64,000 bases of DNA from Laetmonice hystrix. Taxonomy: Eukaryota. Both the position numbers and the translations under genes were made by a program. Positions 36,510-48,452 of the stretch are shown piece after piece (the stretch's first letter is position 1; every line of letters begins with the position of its first letter). The notes below the pieces were generated by a model. The model was not told where the DNA came from. It saw only the letters and a program-made list of their open reading frames with translations, and did not search any database. The DNA is taken from contig OZ249440.1 of assembly GCA_965235115.1 (NCBI GenBank), forward strand, positions 32,056,001 to 32,120,000. The letters are read 5' to 3'.

Positions 36510-37959
36510 CAGGGGCGCCGCTGCCTATTTCAAAGTGGGGGGGGGACAATCTTGGTGTGTTTGACCTTTTCCCCCGAGATTTATGTACCATAATAATTGC
36601 AAAATAACAGTGTATTCACCCCCCCCCCAAGGGGCGGACCCAGGATTTTCTTTTTATTTTATTTTTTTTTTGGGGGGGGGGGTCAGAAGGTGCCACGCGC
36701 CGAAAGGGGGGGAGGGCTCCGACTTTGGGAATATAAAAGGCCATCGGTGCTATTTCCCGGCTTCTCAGCATCAAACTAAAGAGCTTTCGGTGCCGACCTT
36801 TTGCTCAAGATTAATGTATTAATCAGTGAGGGATTAATCAGGGGGCTTGCCTCCCCTTAGATCTTCCTTTTTTGTATGAAGATGTATTATACTATTAGTA
36901 CCTACAGTTACAATGAAATCCTGCCGAGCGTAGCGAGGCTAAAAATTTTTTTTAGGTGGGCCCCACCTGGCCGTTGACATCACAAAAAACAGTATCAAGC
37001 AATATTTATCAAAAGCCAAAAAAGTTGACGATTAGGCCTAAAACACACTTTTACCAAATAAAATAGAGACCGTCCCCATCCTACTTGCCACTTTCTATTC
37101 TACCACACTAGGCCTAGTAAAAATTGGTAAACCTCACTCATTATTTGAATACATTCACGCATGAGGTCTTTTTCTTCAAAATCAAATAGGAAGGCCCAAC
37201 ATGGGGGTGAAAAATGTTGTCAGACAATAATTAAAGCGTGGCCTAGATTTCCTAGAGCTTAAGATTGACCTGAATATTCAGCAAGAGCAAGAGACGGTAC
37301 AGGGGCAGATCCAGCTTTTTCAAGTAGGGGGGCCAACGTTTTTAGGGACGCAACCGGTGTGACTGTACGAGCGCCGAAGGCACAAAGCCTTGCTAGGGGG
37401 TCCGGGGGGCCCCGGAAATTTTTCAAATTTAAGGTGTAATTTGGTGAAATCTGATGCATTTTGGAGCACAAAGCTATTTAAAGACCAATGATGTCAAAAG
37501 TCTTATGTAGCCCTACAATGCCGTGAGGTGCCATGAACGGCAGGAGGGGCGCCATGAAATATATATATTTTTGGGGGGTCCAGACCCTATGTGACCCCCT
37601 ACCCTGGATCCGCCAGTGTGGTAGGACTAAGGTACACAGGGAAGCTGCAGGGGATCTAGGCCGCGGTTAGGCCCATATTAATTATAGAACAGCAAAGCAT
37701 AGACCTATCTCCTAAACACATGACATAGGCTTAGGCCTGCGAAGGCCAAGATTAAAAATGATGAAAATCTATCTTTAATTTGCCTCCCATGGGCAATTCA
37801 CCATAAAAAGCTAGGCATAGGGAGTATAAGAAGACCTGTAGATCTATCTATTAGGCCTAGCTTCAACTTCAAGGAGCCTTTGACCTTTTTAGTTCGCCAG
37901 CAAAAGTGGGGGGGGGGGACATGTCCCCCCCCCCGTCCCTCCCGGCAGCGGCGCCCCTG
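36510..37959. mobile_element. hAT-like element with 5-bp TSD nested in the previous one
   Basis: TIR CAGGGGCGCCGCTGCC / GGCAGCGGCGCCCCTG; CTGGG on both flanks. Confidence 0.85.
37300..37618. mobile_element. Innermost hAT-like MITE
   Basis: CAGGGGCAGATCCAG / CTGGATCCGCCAGTG imperfect TIR; flanks CGGTA / TGGTA. Confidence 0.65.
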
Positions 37960-40900
37960 CTGGGGGGGGGGGGTTGAAGCCCCAACTCATGATGTGGGGA
38001 GGGGGATAGGCCTATCCTCCCACAAATTTTCAGTGTAAGAAGTCCAAAGTAGGAAGGATATAGGCCCCGCCTGAATGATAAATCTAGGCCTAAAACGCCT
38101 GGGCCTAGATTTATCATCCTATGGCTGTCCTCGCGGGTCAGCGGGTTTTGGTGCCAGATGCAGGTCACTTGGGGGGGGGGTCTCCCCCCCCCCCTCCCAG
38201 TTTGAAAATCCTTGAAGAAACCCTGAAAGCGATTTTATGTAATTTTATCGACTTCCAAAGTTGCATATCCTACGCCAGGAAGTTTAGTGCCAGGCCTAGA
38301 GACTCTGTCACCTGATCGTCATCATCACCACAGCGAACACAATATTAGGCCTAACATGTAGGCTAGTATCCACCCTCTGGAAATAACAGAAGCTTGAAAA
38401 AATGGCTCTTCAAGATTTTCATCCTGGGCGAAAAAGTGGGGGGGGGGGGGGGCATGGCGAACACAATATTAGGCCTAACGTATAGGCTAGTATCCATCCT
38501 CTGGAAATAACAGAAGCTTGAAAAATGGCTCTTCAAGATTTTCATCCTGGGTGAAAAAGTGGGGGGGGGGGGGGGCATGGCCCCCCCGGCCCCCCCAGTT
38601 CCGACGGCCCTGCCTAGATCATCAACAACGTCCTCCTCCTCCTCCTCCTCAGCAGTTGTAGCCCTATTTTCACAGTGGGTGCATTTGCACAGGGCTGTGC
38701 ATTTCAGTTCAGCCTTTAGACAAGAACGACCCTTCGAACATTTTCCAGCTTTGCAACCGCAAGGTCCAAGCTCAAGCAGGGCTTCAGGTCCTCTTTGCTT
38801 ACCACCCAGCCATGATTGCCTAGGGTTAGTGTTAGTCGGGTTAAGGTTAAGGTTTGGCCTAGGGTTAGTGATAGTTTAGTCCCACGGGCGGCTCCGCCAG
38901 CGGAGCCCCCGCGTGCTACGCCCGATCGTCCGTCGGTTATTACGGGCGGCCGATTTCGAGCGGCGGCCGATTTCGACCGAGACCGGCCAACCCAACACAG
39001 TCATTACCGTCAAAATCCAGCCATTCCTTGACACAAACTTGGAGTTTCTGCCAACGTACTTTTGTGAAATTCTGTACACCTTCCTCAGCTGCAAACTCGT
39101 AGTGAATCAGACACTTTAAAGTGGTATTTTCCAAAGTTTTTGGCACTTTCTCTCGTCTGGACACGTCCGACATGGAGGCCGCCATATTGCCATGTTTCCT
39201 ACCTCCTCAGGCTGGAGAGTGGGGGTGAACTTATCACTGATTGGTTAATCTTATTTGGTAGCCTTCCACGGCAGTTTGCATGCCGGTAAATTGCAGGGTC
39301 CCTACGCGTTATATAGTTCGCAATAAAGAGGGCAATTACAAATTAACTGCAGGATTTTGAGTGGAGAACTTTTTATTTTAAATAAAGTGTGTTATATTGT
39401 ACTAGATGGTGTTTATGGAAAGTAGTCCCCAGATGATGGGAGCGAACCTACACGCTACACGCTTCAGCTGGTGGCCTATAGCCCTGTAACAATAGACACA
39501 CCATTACAAGCAATAGCCATTCGCCTAACTCTGCATAAAGCCATCACTATCTGTTCCATATATATTCCGCCAAACAGTCTCTTGACCCAACAGGATCTTG
39601 ATGATCTAGTGGGTCAACTACCATCCCCATATCTCCTTTTGGGAGACTTTAACGGCCACAATCCCTTATGGGGTGGCACCACAACTGATGGCAAGGGCAA
39701 GAGGATTGAAGAGTTCATTGATAATCATGCTCTATGCATTTTTAATCATGGTTCAAACACATACCTACATCCTGGTCATGGCACCTATACAGCCATTGAC
39801 CTTGCAATAGCTGAACCAGATCTGCTGCTGGATTTTTCCTGGAGGGTCTGGGATGACCTTTGTGGGAGTGACCACTTTCCCACCATTCTTACCTATGAAG
39901 GACCCAACATTGGGGAAAAACAACAAAGGTGGCAACTTAAGAAAGCTGACTGGCACTCCTTCCAGACCCTCTGTCACGAGGAATTCACAGCAGACACCAT
40001 TAACGATCCTGAAGCAATGGATGGTTTTACCTCGCTTTTAATTTCCATTGCAGACAGGACAGTTCCTAAAACTTCGACAATTCCTCGACATATCTCAAAT
40101 CCATGGTTTAATGAAGACTGCAAGCAGGCAATTAAAGACCGGAAGAAAGCAGAACGCCTTTTCAAGAGGCACCCAACTGCAGTGAACCTCACTAATTTTA
40201 AAATCATGAGAGCAAGGGCACGCCGTATCTGCAAAGAGAGATGGAGGCAGAGCTGGAGAGACTATGTCTCCAGCCTGACCTCTCGTACTCCTATGTAATA
40301 GCAAAAAAAACTAGCCGAAACATTTCAAACCAACTCCTCCTCCAGGAACTGCCTCCCTCAATTCCAAGCCATTCGTGCTCGTAAACAGAAACAGAAACTA
40401 AACTTCTACTCTACAACAGAGAAGAGTATAACCAACTCTTCTCCATTGAAGAACTCAAATGCTCTGCAGTTGCACCTGACAAAATATATTACCAATTCTT
40501 AAAACATCTACCCGATACCACCCTTCTCATTCTTCTTCACATCTTCAACAATATCTGGATATCTGGTAATGTACCCCTTTCCTGGCAGGAAGCAATAATC
40601 ATCCCCATCCCCAAACCAGGAAAAGGCCATAGCGATCATCTCATCAGACTCGAGACATATATCTGAGATGCTTTTATCAACCGTGAATATGTTGTTGCCG
40701 TCTTTTTTGACCTAGAAAAGGCATACGACACAACATGGAAGTACGGCATTTTAACAGATTTGAATGACATGGGTTTTAGCGGGCCTTTGCCCATTTTTAT
40801 ATCTCACTTTTTATCAAACAGACACTTTCAAGTCAGAGTAGGCACTACCCTCTCTGACTTGCATGACCAACAATTAGTGCCTCAGGGAAGCATTTTGTCT

Positions 40901-41804
40901 GTTACTCTTTTTAGTATTAAGATCAACAGCATTGTTAACTCGGTTAAAACTGGCATGCCCTGCAGCCTGTTCGTCGCTGACTTTGATGTCTGCTGCAGAG
41001 GCAAAAACATGAATGCCATCAAGAGACAGCTCCAACTCTGTCTCAAGAGAATCCACACTTGGTCCGTGGAAAACGGTTTTAAATTTTCAAAATCTAAAAC
41101 AGTCTGCATGCATTTCTGCAAACTGCGTGCTATTCACCTTGACCCCGAGTTGACAATGGATGGAGATCCTATCGAGGTCGTTAAAGAAACGAAGTTTCTG
41201 GGACTCACTTTTGACAGCAAGCTGTCTTTAATCCCTCACATTAAATCGCTCAAATCCAGATGCCTTAAGGCTCTGGATGTTCTCAAGGTTTTATCTGGCA
41301 CAAACTGGGGGGCAGACAGTACAGTCCTTTTACAACTGTACAGAGCTTTAATCCGGTCGAAGCTCGATTACGGCAGCATAGTTTACGGTTCTGCTTGCAA
41401 GTCCTACATACGGCTTTTGGACACAGTTCACCACCAGGGTTTGAGGCTTTCACTTGGGGCTTTTAGAACGTCTCCTGTTCAGAGCCTCTATGTGGAGGCC
41501 AGAGAGCCCTCACTTGACAACAGGCGTCTGAAGCTGGCTCTGTAGTATGCAGTCAAGCTCGGGACAAACAGTTCAAATCCAGCTTACAATTGCGTTTTTC
41601 ACCCTCAGTTCCAACATTTATATGAACTAAAGGAAACGTACATACGTCCTTTTGGACTGAGAGTGAAACATCATCTAGAGGAACTGGACGTTGATCTGAA
41701 CGTCCTGCGGCAGACGCATTTTTCCTTCTTGGGACCTGGAAAAGCCTAACGTCATTCTTCGGTTGGCTCAACTGAAGAAGTCAGAGACTCATCCCCTGAC
41801 ATAT

Positions 41805-43080
41805 GGGTCATTTTGCCAAAAAGTGCACTATTGGGCCTCTAAGGCCCCTGGAAATGGTGAAAATTAAAAGTTGCGGTGTAGATTTTTATTCGAGAGTATT
41901 AGTTAGGTTCCCAGCTTTCTGCAAACACCAATTATACACGGTTCAGTTTTTGGTGAAGGCATGTTTTTTTGCATGACGTGAGTAATATTTTTAACCATCC
42001 CCAAGACATTCTACCCCTTTCCAGTTATATATAACATTATACCCCCTATTCTTGAAAAATGCATACTTGGACTTACGACCTCTCTCAGACTACACATGTA
42101 CCCATATTTTATCCCAGGAGTAGTGTCCGGGAGTGTCTCTGGATATTACTTGACCATAAAAACACATCCTCTTTTTCAGTTTAAGCATGGTGCCCTTGAT
42201 CCACTCAAAGAAATAGGGAACAACTTTTACACAACCTACCTTGTTAGCGTGCCATGACGTACTTCAGGGTCGTGGGCCTGCTTCTTCAGATATCACGTTG
42301 AAAAGGGCAAATTTATGTCCACAGCAATTACTCACGTCCATCTCCTTATGCATGTCATGATTTTTTAGATGGGGCCTTTACAGGCCAGGGGAACTAGTAA
42401 CATTGATGATCTTGGGTTCAACAATAGTGAACAACTAGGCGAATATGTATACGCACATTTTATGATATATTGTAAGTAAATTTTGTGGTACATCCGATAA
42501 TTCACCGCATGACGTGAGTAAGGCAATTCAGTATATAATATATTATATTCCACATTTCTTCCAAAGTATATAACCTGGATCTAGATGCAAGTAGACGCCA
42601 ATGATCGATACAATCAGGTCAAAATGTTATGTTTTCCCCATTTCTTTATTTTGGTATACAACCAACAAAATATTACGTCCTGCTAAATTGTCCTGCTAAA
42701 TCTGTTTAAAGCTGACTGATCATGAAATTAACCTACTTTCAAATAAGAAATTCGTGTGAGAATAGGTTATTGATTGATCTTTCATAACTTAAATATTATG
42801 TATTGCTTGACTGAATACTTGTAATAAAGAACGAGTAGAAATGTAAAGAAAGGTATAATTTTTGCTAATTTTGATAAAAAAAAACATATTCGTGCTGGCA
42901 AATCTCGCAAAAATTAACCAAACACACATGCAAATATACATATTTTCTGAAAGCTGCACATTTCTTTTTGGAATGTAGTGAGAACAGAATGAGTATTCCT
43001 AAACTCTATCAAGATATAGCCTGTATAATGAAGTATGGTCCACATTTTAGCCAATAGTGCACTTTTTGGTGAAATGACCC
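41805..43080. mobile_element. Sola-like non-autonomous DNA transposon inside LINE ORF2
   Basis: 30-bp TIR GGGTCATTT(TG/CA)CCAAAAAGTGCACTATTGG; ATAT TSD; empty site CTGACATATTTTGAAC in the second LINE copy (~49414-49429, minus). Confidence 0.8.
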
Positions 43081-43269
43081 ATATATTGAACATTTTCTTG
43101 ACGTCCAGGCAAGGTATCCCTCACATTATGCCTTCTATACTGATGTTTCAAAGGATGGCAATGATGTGTGTGCGGCAGCAGTTCATGGCAAGCACAACTT
43201 CGGCACCCGCATCTCAAGGCAAAGTTCCATCTTCTCAGAAGAGGCCCGGGCCCTGCTTCTTGCCCTTAA

Positions 43270-43560
43270 AGGCCGCCGCACACGACGAACATTTGTTCAC
43301 GAACATTTTGTTCACGAACAAAAATCCGCTCGTGTGCGGTGATCAAAACGCCGAACAAACGGGAACAAACAATTGTTCGTCGGTATTCAACATGTTTAAT
43401 ATTCCCGAACAAATGTTCGTCGTCTGCGGTAACCCACGAATTTCTGTGAATTTCTGCATGTCGAATACCGACGAACAATTGTTCGCAAACAATAATTGTC
43501 TGAGCGGAATTTTGTTTGTGAACAAATGTTCGCGAATATGTTCGTCGTGTGCGGCGGCCT
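43270..43560. mobile_element. Palindromic Harbinger-like MITE at a LINE internal deletion
   Basis: TIR AGGCCGCCGCACACGACGAACAT; flanks TAA / TTA; many internal GAACA/TGTTC repeats. Confidence 0.8.
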
Positions 43561-45307
43561 TTAGTCTTAAGGATCTTTTTAGCAATGTCAGACCAGGAGT
43601 GATTTTAAAGTTTTTTCAGAGGCTGGACTTCTGACATTTTTATAGTTCAGGCTCGTCGATAGCCCTGTTGGGCTGACAGGATGGAGTGTGTTTTAATGAT
43701 ATTCCCATTGGGGCCCGGAATAAAATAGGTTCCTTTCATTTCATGGTCTTTTAACCCTGTTTTCACCGTGAAGATGGCCCCGGATGCCGACATGGCAGAA
43801 AACCACCATTACTCACTCACTAACTGTATATAAATGTGTTCCATATGTGAAAAAAATGTATAGGATAGTCAAAATGGTTTGATTAATGGTCATAGCGAAG
43901 AAAAGCCTGGGGGCCTGGGGCCAAAAATTAAAAAAAATGAACAAGAAGAAAATCCATAGCCCCCCCCGGCATCAAAATTAATGGCCCGCCTACAGTGGTG
44001 CACGATCAATGGCGACCCAAATGGCCAAACCGGTCGTGCGATCGTCCAAAAAATTTTTGAATTGCAACTGAATTGTAGTAGCTTTTACAAATGCGATCGT
44101 GTTCGTGCGTCCACATGCAAGTGTTGCACGATCCATTGCGAGCGAGCTGACATCACTCACGCAACCAGTGTGACCGATCACATGCTCGTGCAACTGGTCA
44201 TGTCAAAAGCCCAGCCGCGATCAGTTGTGAGCGCTTGCGACCTTGCAACGGGGGCGATCACTCACATGACACCATGTGAGTGGTTGTGCAACGGAAGCGA
44301 TTTTCCATTGCAGGTGGTCGTGAACTGGTCGAACTTTTGTGAAAGGGGCTTTGCCTCCGCTTTATCTGACATTGCTCCCGTTTCGAGAACGAACAGCTGC
44401 TTCTGATAACAGAGCAGTAATTTAAATGTTATATGTGATTAAAATACTTGTGGTAGGCGCTGGGTTGTCATTTCTGTGCCACGTCGATGTTAGCTATGCT
44501 GAAAGTATTATGTGCACTGTTACCGGCTCTAGGTACGTATTTTGTGTACTGTTACCAACTCTCTGTCGGTATTATGGGTACTTTTACCGGGTGTAGGCAA
44601 ATTACTGGGTGTAGGCAAGTATAAATGTATTTTGTACACTAGTTTAACTGGCAGTAGGTAAGTTTTATGTACACTGTTATGCACTCTCGGTATATTATCT
44701 CTACTGGTGCTATTATATTAACTGAATACAGTAACTGATATTAGAAATCTATGTTCCTTAAACCTTCTAAGGCAAGTAATAACATGTACATTTGATTATA
44801 TTTGATTAACGGGACATCCCTAACAAGGACGTCTGTGAAGCATCGCTTACTCTCACATATGGGACCTACCCGATATTTAGGCCCCAGTGAATTTAACCAG
44901 ACAAGTTTAAAGGAAATATGTCCGAAAATTAAAATAAACGCAGTCAATTCAACAAAACTTGAGTAAAAACAATTATTTTAAGGGGTTTCTAGCAGTCTGG
45001 TACCATGCCGTATCCATAGACAATATTTTTAAGTAATTAATTAAGCGTTTACCTATTTGGCTAGAGACGAGAGCACGCGAATCAAATCATGCCCTTATTT
45101 GGATTATGGGGGGAGGGTGGGCGGAGCAGTGCGAGGCAACGCATGCGCCCAATCCCGTTGCTTAGTAACGACCGCCCTAACAATGTTAACGCAGTCATGG
45201 CGGTCGGTTTAGGTTCTCAGTCCATTGAGATGAAAAATATGGGATGTATCGCCTCATTATGGCTCATAATCATCAACAGACCTAGCACAACAATGTTATG
45301 GATACGA

Positions 45308-48134
45308 CAGGTCACGTGACTTATGACGTCATAAGGAGGTTACCTATATTTTCTCGGGGTAATAACTTGTAAATGGTTGAAGTTAGAGCCATAGTTACTA
45401 TTAAACACTAATAGGAATGCATATATGCTCTTTCCTTATACACCTTTATTTTTCAAGTCACGTGACCTATGATGTCTTAAGGAGGTTACCTATATTTTCT
45501 CAGGGTTATACCTTGTAAATGGTTGAAGTTGGAGCCATAGTTACTATTAAACACTAATAGGAATGCATACGCTCTTTCCTTATACAGCTTTATTTTTCAA
45601 GTCACGTGACCTATGACATCATAAGGAGGTTACCTATATTTTCTCTTTAATTTGACGCCATTATTTTTTAGGTCATGTGACCTATGACATAAGGAGGGCA
45701 GGTATAATTTCTGAGGGTCATAACTTGTAAATGGTTGAAGTTAGAGCCATAGTTACTGTTAAACACTAATAGGAAGTCATATATCCTCTTTAATTTGACG
45801 CCATTATTTTTTAGGTCATGTGACCTATGACATCATAAGGAGGGCAGGTATAATTTCTGAGGGTCATAACTTGTAAATGGTTGAAATTAGAGCCATAGTT
45901 ACTATTAAACACTAATAGGAAGTCATATGCTCTTTCCTTATACAACTTTATTTTTTAGGTCACGTGACTTATGACGTCATTAGCATGTCATCAATATTTT
46001 CGTTAGGCTATAACCTGTAAATGGTTAAAGTTAGGGCCATAGTTATTATTAAACACGAATAGATAGTCATATATTTATACCTGTAGTAGAAGTAGTAACT
46101 TGGCACAACCGATGCTTGACATATCGGTTTCTGATACTACTAGTCTGGGAGCCAGCGTCCTAAAATTTTGGTTTTGTTGCACCCCCCTGGCAACATTGTA
46201 CACCCTATTTTTTCTGAAAGTATGATATTTCAGGGGCAAAATGAGCCCGGGTGTAGGTTTCTATCATATTGCATAAGTGAGTAACAGCCCAAAATCAAAG
46301 ATGGCCGCCATTTAACTGGAACCGGGCCGTATGTCAGGTCCCAGCGGACAGATTTTGATAAAATTTGAGACAATTCTGAGGTTTATCCAGATGCTGAATC
46401 CATTTCTTACATTTTCAAAATTCAAGATAGCCGAAAAATCCAAGATGGCGGCAATTTAACTGGAAATAGCTGGATTTCTGGATTTCAGCTCCAAGCGGCC
46501 CGATTTTGATGAAATTTGAGTCGATTCTGAAGTTTATCTAGATGCTGAATACATTTCTGACATTTCCAAAATTTAAGATGGCCACCAAATCCAGGATGGC
46601 CGCCATCTAAACGGGAAATGGCCATGTTTCAGCTGCAAGTGGAGCTATATTGATCAAGTTTGAGCTGATTCCGAGGTTTGTACAGAGGCTGAATCCATTT
46701 GTGACATGCTGAATCCATTTCTGACATTTCCAAAATTCAAGATGGCCACCAAATCCAAGATGGCCGTCATCTAAACGGGAAATCAGCTCAATCTTGATCA
46801 ATATAGCTCCACTTGCAGCTGAAACATGGCCATTTCCCGTTTAAATGACGGCCATCTTGGATTTGGTGGCCATCTTGAATTTTGGAAATGTCAGAAATGT
46901 ATTCAGCATCTAGATAAACTTCAGAATCGACTCAAATTTCATCAAAATCGGGCCGCTGGGAGCTGAAATCCAGAAATCCAGCTATTTTCAGTTAAATTGC
47001 CGCCATCTTGGATTTTTCGGCCATCTTGAATTTTGAAAATGTAAGAAATGGATTCAGCATCTGGATAAACCTCAGAATTGTCTCAAATTTTATCAAAAAT
47101 CTGTCCGCTGGGACCTGAAATATGGCCCAGTTCCAGTTAAATGGCGGCCATCTTTGATTTTGGGCTGTTACTCACTTATGCAATATGATAGAAACCTACA
47201 CCCGGGCTCATTTTGCCCCTGAAATATCATACTTTCAGAAAAAATAGGGTGTACAATGTTGCCAGGGGGTGCAACAAACTCCATTTTTAAGGCCTTTCTC
47301 AGTATGGGCTCCCAGACTATACGGAACCGCTTCCAAGATTGCAGAATCAAGCAGCAGACCTCGCCAGCTTCATGCGAGGCAGACAAACTGACAAAACTGT
47401 GTCTAACGATTACAATATAGTCAAGGTTTAGTTTGTGTTTGTTTACAATTAAAATATATTCAAGGTTCAGTTTCTGTTTGTTGATATGACTGGAGAAAAG
47501 TACTACATTCTCCTCAGAGTCTATTTCCTTAGCGTATCCTCAACGTTTTGCCAGGTTGCAAGACTCATTAAATTTTCGGGATATGAAAGCCTTACAGGGC
47601 TTACCCTTTACTGAAAGTAGAAAAGGTTGCACGGATTGGCACAACCGATGCTTGACGTATCAGTTTCTCATACTACGGAACCGCTTCCAAGATTGCAGAA
47701 TCAAGCGGCAGACCTCGCCAGCTTCATGCGAGGCAGAAAAACTGACCGTCTTGAAGATTATAACATATTCAAGGTTCAGTTTGTAATTGTTAATTGCAGT
47801 GAAGAAAGGTACTAGATTCTCCTCAGGGTTAGTAGGGTTCTATTTCCTTAGCCTGTCCTGAAAGTTTGCCAAGTTCCAAGACTGTAATTACATCTGGATT
47901 ATACTACCTAGAATAAAACGTAACAGAATAGAACAACTTTTGAGTTTTCATTACAACCCTTTTTACTGCTTTGTTTTTCCAGTTATGGACAATAATGAAT
48001 TACTCAGGTTTCCAAGCACCACATCGATTTACGAATCCTCCCTAAAAAATGATTATAACATCTATTCAAATGATATCTTATACTTCCATAGGATAAATGG
48101 GATCCAATGTGGCTAGCCACATGGCAACTAGTTT
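45308..48134 (+). mobile_element. HINE-like unit 3 (partial): ~5 x 146-bp monomers and terminal hairpin, with insertions
   Basis: 146-family monomers 45308-46075; terminus TGGGATCCA-ATGTGGCTAGCCACAT-GGCAA-CTAGTTT at 48098-48134. Confidence 0.6.
46141..47319. mobile_element. Academ-like foldback element with ~500-bp inverted arms
   Basis: Termini TAGTCTGGGAGCC / GGCTCCCAGACTA; TAC TSD; arms 46173-46670 and 46781-47278; empty-site paralog at ~47637-47720. Confidence 0.85.
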
Positions 48135-48452
48135 CTGCTTGAAAGGTTCAAACTATTCATACACATCTTCTTGGCAGTCACAACCCCCCCCCCCCCCCAT
48201 TTGGCGCCACCTAGACCCGGCCCTGCATGGGAATACTATAAAAATGTAATGGACAAGATGCGAAAGGGGGCTTCAGCGATAAAGCTATGGTAAAATTCAG
48301 CAAGCGCCGAAGGCGTCAGCTGTTCCTGGGGCTTGGGGTCCAGGGGCTCTCCCTTGGGGAAAAAAATAATATGGAAGGCCCCAAAAAAGTTATTTCCCGG
48401 CATCTGGAGACCACTTTTCTGATAGAAATGAAAAGCCTGCTGGGCCACTTTT

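Larger units (their letters stand above)
36459..38612. mobile_element. hAT-like element with 5-bp TSD
   Basis: TIR CAGGGCCGTCGGAAC / GTTCCGACGGCCCTG; CCTAG on both flanks; 124-bp subterminal duplication 38333-38580. Confidence 0.85.
35779..39478. mobile_element. Academ-like non-autonomous element inside LINE endonuclease
   Basis: 25-bp TIR TAGGCCACCAGCTGAAGCGTGTAGC; 3-bp TSD TAG; empty site CTCATCCATAGCCCTG visible at ~35055-35070. Confidence 0.8.
33510..43825 (+). mobile_element. I/Nimb-like LINE with RNase H, decayed and split by four insertions
   Basis: ORF1 LNSSKGVI...YVPNPLRCYKC and CCHC knuckles; ORF2 QWNCRG, LQET, GDFNGH, SDH (APE), DLEKAYD, VPQGSILS, KFLGL (RT), FYTD.SKDG (RNase H, ~43130-43266); 3' UTR ending in ACTCACTCACT. 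Confidence 0.92.

Noticed and set aside
38820..38880. Telomere-like TAGGGT/TAAGGT repeats (also ~62235-62270)
   Set aside because: Short, degenerate and internal; typical subterminal repeats of DNA transposon fragments.
43035..43634. 199-aa ORF
   Set aside because: Chimeric read-through of a transposon TIR, off-frame RNase H sequence, a palindromic MITE and the LINE tail.
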